Part shown: one piece after another, positions 15,271 through 24,000 of the stretch
Layout: the number at the start of each line of letters is the position of its first letter
Numbering within the stretch: the first letter of the stretch is position 1
Origin: Mannheimia pernigra
GTDB lineage: Bacteria; Pseudomonadota; Gammaproteobacteria; Enterobacterales; Pasteurellaceae
NCBI RefSeq assembly: GCF_013377995.1
Contig: NZ_CP055305.1
Span: 983,394 to 1,007,393, forward strand
Direction of reading: 5' to 3'
Length of the DNA: 24,000 nt
Made by a program: the position numbers and the translations under genes
Notes under the pieces: model-generated
Told to the model about the DNA's origin: nothing
Seen by the model: the letters and a program-made list of their open reading frames with translations, nothing else
Database searches by the model: none

Positions 15271-16683
15271 TTATTGTAAAATCACATAGAAATTGCCACC
15301 GTCACGCAAGATGTTTAGTGCAACTACGGATGGTTTAGCATCTAAAATTTTACGTAAATCAGCGATGTTTTCGACTGAATGACGGTTTATGCCAATGATA
15401 ATGTCACCTTTTTTCAAGCTACGCATTTCAGCAATAGAACCTTTTTCTACGCTTGAGATTTCAACGCCTTTAACCCCTTTTGAGTTATAGTTGTTAAACT
15501 TAGCCCCTTTTAATGCAGGAATAATGTTTTCTGCTGTGGTTTTCACTTCTGAGTCTGATTGTAGGGTAACTTTTGTTTTGGCTTGTTTTCCGTCACGTAA
15601 ATAGGTTAGTTCGAGTTCCTTGCCAACACCAGAGGTTGCCACTTTAGCCCGCAATTCGCTGAAGCTATGGATTTTTTGACCGTTAATTTCAGTAATCACA
15701 TCGCCAGCTTTAAAGCCAGCTTTGGCTGCGGCAGAGTCTGGTAATACTTCACTAATGAAAGCACCTTGTTGCGTTGAAATATTAAACTCTTTCGCTAGAT
15801 TCGCATTTAGCTCCCCGCCTTTAATACCCAGCATACCGCGTTTCACTTCACCAAATTCGATAATTTGGCTCACAAGACTACTTGCCATATTGCTAGGGAT
15901 TGCGAAAGCAATACCAGCATTACCGCCACTTGGCGAAATAATTGCCGTGTTGATACCGATTAATTCACCATTTAAGTTAATGAGCGGACCACCTGAGTTA
16001 CCTTGATTGACTGCAGCATCAGTTTGGATATAGTTTTCATATCCTTCATCGGATTTGCCAGTTGAGCGACCCAGTGCAGAAACAATGCCTGATGTTACGG
16101 TTTGTCCTAAGCCAAATGGGTTACCAATGGCTACAGTAAAATCGCCCACCTGTAATTTGTCAGAATCAGCAAATTTAATTTCAGTGAGGTATTTTGGATT
16201 TTCAATCTGAACTAATGCGACATCTGAAAGTGGATCGCTGCCGACTAATTTTGCGTTAAATTCACGACCATCTTCGAGTTTTACGGTCATTTTATCTGCG
16301 TTATCAATAACGTGGTTATTCGTAATGATATAACCTTTTTCTGCATTGATGATAACACCTGAGCCTACACCACGAAAGTGACGAGGAGCAGATGAACGGT
16401 TACCGAATAGATCGGCATTCGGTCCGAAGAAAAATTCAAATTCGGGTGGAATTTCACGTGTGTAGCGAGAATCTTCTTGTGTTTTACCTTCAACTGCAAT
16501 GCTTACCACGGCAGGGCGAACTTTTTCTAACATTGGCGCAAGGCTAGGCAGTGCTTGTCCATTTACTTGTATTGGTAATGTAGCCTGTGCAGCCATTGGT
16601 ATGGCGGTAATACTTGAACCTAAAATTATGGCGCTGAAAAATGAATTTTTGAGAGTGTTATTCATATTGTATATGTTCCTCAT
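15271..16683 (-). CDS. degQ: Periplasmic serine endoprotease of the DegP/DegQ (HtrA) family with two PDZ domains
   Basis: Signal peptide, a trypsin-like core with GNSGGPL (catalytic Ser), and two PDZ-like regions. An alternative start is the ATG at 16665 (MNNTLKN...). Confidence 0.85.
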   Translation of the reverse strand: MRNIYNMNNTLKNSFFSAIILGSSITAIPMAAQATLPIQVNGQALPSLAPMLEKVRPAVVSIAVEGKTQEDSRYTREIPPEFEFFFGPNADLFGNRSSAPRHFRGVGSGVIINAEKGYIITNNHVIDNADKMTVKLEDGREFNAKLVGSDPLSDVALVQIENPKYLTEIKFADSDKLQVGDFTVAIGNPFGLGQTVTSGIVSALGRSTGKSDEGYENYIQTDAAVNQGNSGGPLINLNGELIGINTAIISPSGGNAGIAFAIPSNMASSLVSQIIEFGEVKRGMLGIKGGELNANLAKEFNISTQQGAFISEVLPDSAAAKAGFKAGDVITEINGQKIHSFSELRAKVATSGVGKELELTYLRDGKQAKTKVTLQSDSEVKTTAENIIPALKGAKFNNYNSKGVKGVEISSVEKGSIAEMRSLKKGDIIIGINRHSVENIADLRKILDAKPSVVALNILRDGGNFYVILQ

Positions 16684-16733
16684 ATCTATTTATTGCGTTT
16701 TTATAATCTACGAGTGAAATAGCTCGTGTTTAC

Positions 16734-16761
16734 TAAGACAAAGCTTTTTTTTTTCAGTTCA
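16734..16761 (-). promoter_or_regulatory. Candidate sigma-E-type promoter for degQ: TGAACTG-N16-TCTTA
   Basis: Minus strand: tGAACTg (16761-16755), a 16-nt spacer beginning with A10, then TCTTA (16738-16734). Compare the E. coli degP promoter GGAACTT-N16-TCTGA. Confidence 0.4.
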
Positions 16762-16892
16762 TCAATTTGCAAAATTTTTATGAAAATCGACCGCTTGTCA
16801 GAATAATTTTGCAAGCTTATTTAAAAGTTTTTTGACATTCGGTTAAATTTAATAGACCATACACCAATTTTGTTAATTTGAGTCCTATTTTG

Positions 16893-17693
16893 ATGTCTAG
16901 AGAAAATTTGGTTGAAGTAAAGCATCTGACCTTTAAACGAGGGAGCCGAGTGATTTATGACAATCTCAATTTGCAAGTGCAAAAAGGTAAAGTAACTGCC
17001 ATTATGGGGCCGTCTGGAATAGGTAAAACTACGTTGTTACGCTTAATTAGCGGTCAAATTTTACCTGAATCAGGCGAAATATTGTTTGATGGCAGAGATA
17101 TTTGTAAAGCAAATAATAAAGAGCTTTATGAAATTCGCCAGAGAATGGGGATGCTGTTCCAATCAGGTGCGTTATTTACCGATATTTCTACATTTGATAA
17201 TGTGGCTTTCCCTATTCGTGAGCACACTTGTTTGCCCGAAGAGCTAATTAGAAAATTAGTGCTGTTGAAACTAGAAGCCGTTGGGCTTCGGGGCGCGGCA
17301 AGTCTAATGCCTTCCGAATTATCTGGTGGTATGGCGCGTCGTGTCGCACTTGCTCGTGCGATAGCACTAGATCCTGATTTGATAATGTATGATGAACCCT
17401 TTGCAGGACAGGATCCGATTAGTATGGGTGTGATTGTAGAGTTAATTAAAGAGTTAAATCAGGCATTAAATCTCACCTCTATTGTTGTATCTCACGATGT
17501 AAAAGAGGTGCTAAGTATTGCGGATTATGCTTATATTGTGGCGGATAAACGCATTATTGCAGAAGGAACACCAGAAATGTTACTCGAAAGCCAGGATCCA
17601 CAAGTAGTGCAATTCTTAGCAGGTAAATCTGACGGCCCCGTGCGTTTCCACTACCCGGCTAAAGATTATACGGAGGAGCTATTTAATGGTTAA
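16893..17693 (+). CDS. mlaF: Phospholipid ABC transporter ATP-binding protein MlaF
   Basis: Walker [10 protein letters not shown], signature LSGGMARR and Walker B LIMYDEP. It is the first gene of a mlaFEDCB-like cluster. The ATG at 16893 is preferred; the ORF-track start at 16878 is a TTG. Confidence 0.85.
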   Translation: MSRENLVEVKHLTFKRGSRVIYDNLNLQVQKGKVTAIMGPSGIGKTTLLRLISGQILPESGEILFDGRDICKANNKELYEIRQRMGMLFQSGALFTDISTFDNVAFPIREHTCLPEELIRKLVLLKLEAVGLRGAASLMPSELSGGMARRVALARAIALDPDLIMYDEPFAGQDPISMGVIVELIKELNQALNLTSIVVSHDVKEVLSIADYAYIVADKRIIAEGTPEMLLESQDPQVVQFLAGKSDGPVRFHYPAKDYTEELFNG

Positions 17694-18462
17694 TTTTATT
17701 AGCTCTGTTGGGATTTGTGTTATTAATTTTATCCGTACGTTTGGGCGTTCCGCTTTTATGTTATGGGGAGCATTAATTGGTAAACCTGAATTTAGAAAAC
17801 ACAAACCGTTATTGATTAAGCAGCTTTATGTGCTAGGGGTACAATCGCTTTTAATTATTATGCTTTCAGGCTTATTTATCGGTATGGTGTTAGGTTTACA
17901 AGGTTATGTGGTATTAACAGATTTTGCCGCTGAAAGCAGTTTGGGGACGTTAGTATCGCTTTCGCTATTGCGTGAATTAGGGCCTGTAGTTACCGCTTTA
18001 TTATTTGCAGGGCGAGCTGGCTCAGCATTAACAGCAGAAATTGGTTTAATGAAAGCGACAGAGCAACTTTCCAGCCTTGAAATGATGGCCGTTGATCCAT
18101 TAAGAAGAATTATTGCACCTCGCTTTTGGGCTGGAGTAATCTCAATGCCTATTTTGGCAGCCATTTTTACCGCAATTGGTATTTGGGGAAGCTCGCTTGT
18201 TGGCGTCGACTGGAAAGGTGTTGATAGTGGAAGTTTTTGGTCTGTAATGCAAAGTTCTGTTAATGCTAGCGATTTAGTTAATGGTTTCATTAAAAGTATT
18301 ATTTTTGCCTTTGCTATAGTGTGGATTGCTTTATTTAATGGTTATGATTGTATACCTACTTCAGAAGGTATTAGCCAAGCAACAACAAAAACCGTGGTAA
18401 ATGCATCACTTGTGATTTTAGGATTAGATTTTATTTTAACTGCGATTATGTTCGGTGGTTGA
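17686..18462 (+). CDS. mlaE: Phospholipid ABC transporter permease MlaE
   Basis: 258 aa polytopic permease with conserved [27 protein letters not shown]. The start overlaps the mlaF stop. Confidence 0.85.
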   Translation: MVNFISSVGICVINFIRTFGRSAFMLWGALIGKPEFRKHKPLLIKQLYVLGVQSLLIIMLSGLFIGMVLGLQGYVVLTDFAAESSLGTLVSLSLLRELGPVVTALLFAGRAGSALTAEIGLMKATEQLSSLEMMAVDPLRRIIAPRFWAGVISMPILAAIFTAIGIWGSSLVGVDWKGVDSGSFWSVMQSSVNASDLVNGFIKSIIFAFAIVWIALFNGYDCIPTSEGISQATTKTVVNASLVILGLDFILTAIMFGG

Positions 18463-18483
18463 TTTTAGTAAAAGGAATAGACA

Positions 18484-19002
18484 ATGCGTCAATCAATTAA
18501 ATATGAATTCTGGGTAGGGTTATTTGTGCTACTAGGGTTAGCAGCTCTTGTCTTTTTAGGTTTAAGAGTGGCCAATGTGCAAGGGTTCGCTAGTGAGAAA
18601 ACCTACACGCTTTATGCAACTTTTGACAATATTGGTGGACTAAAGGTACGTTCGCCAATAAAAGTGGGTGGCGTAGTAGTAGGGAGAGTTACAGATATTT
18701 CTCTTGACAAGAAAAGCTATACGCCTAAAGTTGCCTTAGCTGTGAATGAGAATTTTAACCAAATTCCAGATACCAGCACGCTTTCAATTAAAACCTCTGG
18801 CTTATTAGGCGAACAATATATTGCGTTAAATGTCGGCTTTATGATTGAAGGCGAAACGGCAATAATGAAAGAGGGGGATACTTTTGTAGATACTAATTCT
18901 GCAATGGTGTTGGAAGATTTAATCGGTCAGTTTTTATATGGCGATAAAAAGTCAGATAAAATTGAAGGTGAAAAAGCGGTTGATTCTGTCACGGCAGAAT
19001 AA
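18484..19002 (+). CDS. mlaD: MCE-domain phospholipid-binding protein MlaD
   Basis: N-terminal TM anchor and an MCE domain (FDNIGGLKVRSPIKVGGVVVGRV). Confidence 0.8.
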   Translation: MRQSIKYEFWVGLFVLLGLAALVFLGLRVANVQGFASEKTYTLYATFDNIGGLKVRSPIKVGGVVVGRVTDISLDKKSYTPKVALAVNENFNQIPDTSTLSIKTSGLLGEQYIALNVGFMIEGETAIMKEGDTFVDTNSAMVLEDLIGQFLYGDKKSDKIEGEKAVDSVTAE

Positions 19003-19051
19003 TCAACCTAACAACAATAACCTCTAATTTAGAGTTTGGAGATTATCAATA

Positions 19052-19687
19052 ATGTTAAAAAACATTAAAAAAATTATCGTAACAGGTTTAGTGGCAGTTT
19101 CTGCCTTATTCTCAACTTCTGCATTTGCGGAAACAAGTCCTTATGTATTAATGCAACAAACAGCAGATAAACTATTTGGTAATATCAAAAGCAATCAAAG
19201 TAAAATTAAATCAAATCCTGAATATTTGCGTACTATCGTGCGTAACGATTTAATGCCATACGTCCACGTTAAATATGCAGGTCAGTTAGTATTAGGTAAA
19301 AATTTATCTTCTGCAACGGACGCACAAAAAGAAGCCTTTTTTAACGCATTTGGTCAATTTGTCGAGCAATCTTATGCACAAGTATTAACTCAATATCAAG
19401 GTCAAAATGTACAAATTGAAAGCCCAAAATCAGTTGATGGTAAATCAATTGTAAGCATTCGTGTGAATGTAGCAGGAAAAGGTGCTGCACAGCCAATTAA
19501 ATTAGATTTTAAATGGCGTAAAAACAGTAGAACAGGTGAATGGCAAGCATACGATATGGCTGCTGAAGGCGTGAGTATGGTTGCAACTAAACAAAATGAA
19601 TGGGCAGGTGTTATTCGTCAAAAAGGTATTGATGCTTTAACTGCTCAAGTTGCTCAATCAGCAAAACAGCCTATTATCTTAAAATAA
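19052..19687 (+). CDS. mlaC: Periplasmic phospholipid-binding protein MlaC (Ttg2D family)
   Basis: Signal peptide ending AFAE, 211 aa, and position within the mla cluster. Confidence 0.75.
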   Translation: MLKNIKKIIVTGLVAVSALFSTSAFAETSPYVLMQQTADKLFGNIKSNQSKIKSNPEYLRTIVRNDLMPYVHVKYAGQLVLGKNLSSATDAQKEAFFNAFGQFVEQSYAQVLTQYQGQNVQIESPKSVDGKSIVSIRVNVAGKGAAQPIKLDFKWRKNSRTGEWQAYDMAAEGVSMVATKQNEWAGVIRQKGIDALTAQVAQSAKQPIILK

Positions 19688-19698
19688 GTCGCTTAGTT

Positions 19699-20022
19699 AT
19701 GCCGCAAAAAAAATTACAATGGGATGTTCAGCAAAACAATGAAAGTCTTTTTGTGAAACTATCGGGCGAATTAACTCGTGACACGTTGCTTCCATTGTGG
19801 GAGCAACGTGCTTCTTTTTTATCTCCTAAAACTACTCAAAGATTGTATTGGGATTTAAAAGAGATCACGCGTGTTGATTCTGCTGGTTTTACATTACTTG
19901 CTGAATTATTAAATCACTATCATAAAATCATACCAAATAGCTTAATCCATACACCAGATTCTGTGAGAACATTAGCAGAACTGTACGATTTAAACGATTG
20001 GTTTGAGCAATTTATTATTTAG
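19699..20022 (+). CDS. mlaB: STAS-domain protein MlaB
   Basis: 107 aa. STAS-like VDSAGFTLLAELL. Position after mlaC. Confidence 0.7.
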   Translation: MPQKKLQWDVQQNNESLFVKLSGELTRDTLLPLWEQRASFLSPKTTQRLYWDLKEITRVDSAGFTLLAELLNHYHKIIPNSLIHTPDSVRTLAELYDLNDWFEQFII

Positions 20023-20046
20023 AGAACTAGAAATTAGGACTTAATA

Positions 20047-20307
20047 ATGACCCCATCACAAATTGAAGAAATTTTAAAACAAAGCTTAACCGATGTTGCG
20101 GAAGTGTATGCACAAGGCGAAAATGCACATTTTGGCGTTATTGTCGTCAGTGATAGCATCGCTTCACTTTCAAAAGTAAAACAGCAGCAAGCTGTTTATG
20201 CACCATTATCAGACTATTTCACTACAAATGAAATTCACGCATTAACGATCAAAGTATTCAGTACAGAAAAATGGAAAACTGAGCGTTTACTAAATATGGT
20301 AGGATAA
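20047..20307 (+). CDS. ibaG: BolA-family protein IbaG (YrbA)
   Basis: 86 aa. HFGVIVVSD...KVKQQQAVYAPL...IHALTIKVFS resembles E. coli IbaG. It sits between mlaB and murA, as in other gamma-proteobacteria. Confidence 0.75.
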   Translation: MTPSQIEEILKQSLTDVAEVYAQGENAHFGVIVVSDSIASLSKVKQQQAVYAPLSDYFTTNEIHALTIKVFSTEKWKTERLLNMVG

Positions 20308-20321
20308 TGGATAATATTTTG

Positions 20322-20379
20322 ACAAGCGGTTAAAAAATTCATCTTTTTTGCAAATTTCTAGACAAAAATGACCGCTTGT
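20322..20379. terminator. Inverted pair of Apl-type USS (ACAAGCGGT ... ACCGCTTGT) between ibaG and murA
   Basis: ACAAGCGGT at 20322-20330 and its complement at 20371-20379, with a 40-nt loop. The loop is long for a terminator, so a terminator function is uncertain. Confidence 0.4.
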
Positions 20380-20411
20380 ATTTCGTTACCACTTACATAT
20401 TCTTAATTTAG

Positions 20412-21698
<1,287 letters not shown>

Positions 21699-21721
21699 TT
21701 GCAACATTTCCTGAAAAGAAG

Positions 21722-21753
21722 ACCGCTTGTTAGTATTTTTTCAAGCGGTTTTT
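21722..21753. terminator. Bidirectional terminator built from an inverted USS pair, between convergent murA and ruvC
   Basis: ACCGCTTG (21722-21729) pairs with CAAGCGGT (21742-21749) around a 12-nt loop, followed by TTTT. Confidence 0.75.
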
Positions 21754-21755
21754 AA

Positions 21756-22334
21756 TTATGCTTTCAACCTAAATCTTCCTCTACTATAACGAGTTTTTAT
21801 TAGAGCCAAAATTTGCTCTTTCTCACTATTTACACGTTGTTGGCTTTGTTTTGCCACAATTAATGAGTGCTGTATAGAATGAGCGTGAGTAATAGCAATT
21901 GCTAACGCATCAGCGGCATCAGCTTGTGGCTGGGCAGAAAGTTGTAGCATTCGCGTTACCATATCTTGAACCTGCACTTTATCTGCTGAACCAATCCCTG
22001 TAACTGTTTGTTTCACGAGTCTTGCTGCATATTCAAAGACTGGCAAATCGTGATTAACTGCCGCTACAATCGCAGTGCCCCGTGCTTGCCCAAGTTTTAA
22101 AGCTGAATCGGGGTTTTTCGCCATAAAGACTTGCTCAATTGCAAACATATCTGGGTGAAATTGGGTGATAATTTCGCTCACGCCAGCATAAATACGTTTA
22201 AGGCGGGTAGGTAAATCGTCAGCTGTTGTGCGAATTGCACCGCTTCCAAGATATTCTAGATGCCGCCCCTTTTGGCGAATGACACCATAACCTGTTACCC
22301 GAGAGCCAGGATCAATTCCTAAAATAATAGACAT
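21756..22334 (-). CDS. ruvC: Holliday junction resolvase RuvC
   Basis: 192 aa. [19 protein letters not shown] (catalytic Asp) and the conserved ...[13 protein letters not shown]. Confidence 0.95.
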   Translation of the reverse strand: MSIILGIDPGSRVTGYGVIRQKGRHLEYLGSGAIRTTADDLPTRLKRIYAGVSEIITQFHPDMFAIEQVFMAKNPDSALKLGQARGTAIVAAVNHDLPVFEYAARLVKQTVTGIGSADKVQVQDMVTRMLQLSAQPQADAADALAIAITHAHSIQHSLIVAKQSQQRVNSEKEQILALIKTRYSRGRFRLKA

Positions 22335-22352
22335 TTCTGTTATAAATAAAAT

Positions 22353-22378
22353 AAGCGAGAAGGTATATCTTCTCGCTT
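22353..22378 (-). terminator. Rho-independent terminator of the lipoprotein gene
   Basis: AAGCGAGAAG pairs with CTTCTCGCTT: a 10-bp perfect stem with a 6-nt loop. The minus strand then reads ATTTTATTT. Confidence 0.8.
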
Positions 22379-22398
22379 ATGGTTGAATTAATCAATTC

Positions 22399-22932
22399 TT
22401 ATTTATTTAATTTTTTCGTTAATTTGCTATCAACATCGCAAAGTTTTGCAAGGATTTCATCTGTTTCTTTTCCTAGCTTCGTGAGCATACCAGTAGTTTC
22501 GTCGGTTGCATTTGATAGCATAAATCCAGTTGAAACATTCCAAATATAACGATCAGACTTAAATGATGTAAAGTCTTTATTTGCAACATCACGTGTTAAC
22601 GTAGGGATTTTTTGTATTTTTTGACCGTTCTGTAACAGAATGTTTACGGCTTTAGCTTCTTCGCCTTGGAAAACATAATTTGCTGTTACCCATTTACCAC
22701 TTTGGCAACGATATACAATTGATTTTGAGGAATCAGTTGCTTTTTCTACTTTAACAGCTGCAACTCCATGAGTGACATTACCTGCAATATCATTTACTTG
22801 TTGAATTGCTTGATCTGCTACTTTTGCTACAGGATCTACTGTTGGTTGAGGAACTACCTGGTTATTCGCATTAGAGCAAGCGGCTAATACTAAAGTTGCT
22901 GCTAGAGCAGGAACGAATTTGACTAATTTCAT
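22399..22932 (-). CDS. Lipoprotein, possibly MliC-like (membrane-bound lysozyme inhibitor fold)
   Basis: The ATG at 22932 is preceded by AAGGAGAA. Lipobox LVLAAC. The YRCQSG...Y...W pattern loosely resembles the MliC domain. The family call is weak. Confidence 0.6.
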   Translation of the reverse strand: MKLVKFVPALAATLVLAACSNANNQVVPQPTVDPVAKVADQAIQQVNDIAGNVTHGVAAVKVEKATDSSKSIVYRCQSGKWVTANYVFQGEEAKAVNILLQNGQKIQKIPTLTRDVANKDFTSFKSDRYIWNVSTGFMLSNATDETTGMLTKLGKETDEILAKLCDVDSKLTKKLNK

Positions 22933-22944
22933 AGTTTTCTCCTT

Positions 22945-22996
22945 AAGTAATTTTAATATATAGAAGCAACAAGTAATTTTAATATATAGAAGCAAC
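22945..22996. repeat. Perfect 26-bp tandem duplication (AAGTAATTTTAATATATAGAAGCAAC x2) immediately upstream of the lipoprotein RBS
   Basis: 22945-22970 and 22971-22996 are identical on direct reading. Confidence 0.9.
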
Positions 22997-23199
22997 AGCT
23001 TCGTTTAATTAGTATAGATTTTTTTATAAAAGTTCATTTATTTTATCGCTAAACATAAACCTAATTTCGCATATAAGTTATAACTATTTGATTTTATTAT
23101 TTTTATTTTATGGATTTATAAATAATTTCTTTTGCAAAAAATTTTACTTTTTTAACCGCTTGTAGATCTTCAATTAAAAAAATAAATGAATATTTTGTA

Positions 23200-23288
23200 T
23201 TGTCATAAAACTGTCATAAAACTGTCATAAAACTGTCATAAAACTGTCATAAAACTGTCATAAAACTGTCATAAATCTTTGCTATTTT
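23200..23288 (+). promoter_or_regulatory. PhoB-type promoter: seven tandem 11-bp Pho-box half-sites (CTGTCATAAAA) plus a -10 TATTTT
   Basis: Units occupy 23200-23276: five perfect CTGTCATAAAA, the first TTGTCATAAAA and the last CTGTCATAAAT. TATTTT (23283-23288) lies 10 nt after the last CTGTCAT, the same spacing as I recall for E. coli pstS. The array is upstream of ugpB, a Pho-regulon gene. Confidence 0.7.
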
Positions 23289-23344
23289 CCTGGTGTGCGA
23301 AATGCACAATGCTTAATTAACCTATCAACCATAGCGAGGTTTAA

Positions 23345-24000
23345 ATGAAACGCTTATTGACTAAAACAGCATTAATCACTGCAATCACATTAGGAACCCC
23401 AGCGTATGCTGCGACAGAAATTCAATGGTGGCATTCAATGGGAGGGGCATTAAATGATTGGGTAAATGGTTTAGCACAAGAATTTAATGATAGCCAAAAA
23501 GAGTATAAAGTTGTGCCTGTTTTTAAAGGCTCTTACCCTGAGGCGATGGCGGCGGGAATTGCTGCAGTAAGAGCTGGTAATGCACCGGATATTCTACAAG
23601 TGTATGAAGTCGGTACTGCATCAATGATCTATGCAAAAGGGGTGACAAAATCTGTTACACAAATTATGAAAGATGCCGACCTGAAGTTTAGCCCGTCAGA
23701 TTATATTCCAGCTATAAGTAGCTATTACACTGCCCCAAATGGCGAAATGCTCTCTCTCCCTTTTAACAGTTCGACAGCTGTGCTTTATTACAATAAAGAT
23801 GCTTTCCAAAAAGCAGGGTTAGACCCTGAAACAGCACCAAAAACGTGGAAAGATGTTCGTGCGGTCACCGAAAAATTAAAACAGTCTGGTAGCACTTGTC
23901 CTTTAACCGTGTCTTGGATGGGCTGGACGCAATTAGAAAACTTCTCTGCGTGGCACGATGTTCCTTTTGCAACTAAAAATAATGGTTTTGACGCTTTAGA
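23345..24000 (+). CDS. ugpB: sn-glycerol-3-phosphate ABC transporter substrate-binding protein, N-terminal part (3' end lies outside the window)
   Basis: Not in the ORF track because it has no stop codon in the window. ATG at 23345 with GAGG 5 nt upstream. Signal peptide ...GTPAYAA. EIQWWHSMGG...LSLPFNSSTAVLYYNKDAFQKAGLDP is UgpB-like. Confidence 0.75.
   Translation, partial: MKRLLTKTALITAITLGTPAYAATEIQWWHSMGGALNDWVNGLAQEFNDSQKEYKVVPVFKGSYPEAMAAGIAAVRAGNAPDILQVYEVGTASMIYAKGVTKSVTQIMKDADLKFSPSDYIPAISSYYTAPNGEMLSLPFNSSTAVLYYNKDAFQKAGLDPETAPKTWKDVRAVTEKLKQSGSTCPLTVSWMGWTQLENFSAWHDVPFATKNNGFDAL

Noticed and set aside
23200-23276. The tandem 11-bp array considered as a CRISPR array, plasmid-type iterons or a contingency-locus repeat.
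   Set aside because: There are no spacers between the units, so it is not CRISPR. The unit equals the PhoB half-site consensus and sits at the right distance from a -10 upstream of a Pho-regulon gene, which explains it better than iterons do.

Overview
This is a Pasteurellaceae-type chromosomal window. The core genes are nrfD (partial), the nrfE/dsbE/nrfF/nrfG cytochrome-c maturation set, degQ/htrA, mlaFEDCB-ibaG-murA, ruvC, a lipoprotein gene and the start of ugpB. Nine perfect Apl-type uptake signal 9-mers (ACAAGCGGT) lie in these flanks, which points to the Actinobacillus/Mannheimia/Glaesserella-like part of the family; I cannot name the species. Between nrfG and degQ (about 4.6-14.5 kb) sits a roughly 9.9 kb accessory island whose codon and composition style looks different by eye. 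It contains no integrase, transposase, IS end or tRNA that I can see. Its cargo, in order: an NMO/FabK-like flavoenzyme; a DUF305 lipoprotein with a His/Met-rich region plus a 47-aa protein with 12 Cys (metallothionein-like); a nested tetR-tet(H)-like module with a 5'-truncated NAD-kinase-like gene; a MarR-SMR efflux operon; a divergent MerR (CadR/ZntR-like)/short CDF pair with a textbook 19-bp-spacer promoter; a remnant of an LLM monooxygenase; a LysR regulator; and a SulP-STAS permease. The island carries its own repeat vocabulary. This includes near-palindromic 12-mers that match, from memory, Neisseriaceae DUS dialects (AGGCTGCCTGAA / AGGCAGCCTGAA), a shared AAAACACCGCTTG-type terminator family, a 45-bp composite element in two copies, and an 87-bp direct repeat covering two gene starts. 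A 13-bp imperfect direct repeat brackets the island. To its right is a roughly 770-bp tract with no ORF of 60 aa or more that I could not identify. In the core flank the notable regulatory structures are seven tandem 11-bp Pho-box half-sites upstream of ugpB, a sigma-E-like promoter with a 10-nt homopolymer in its spacer upstream of degQ, and a perfect 26-bp tandem duplication upstream of the lipoprotein gene. All family assignments come from reading the translations and recalling motifs; no database search was run.
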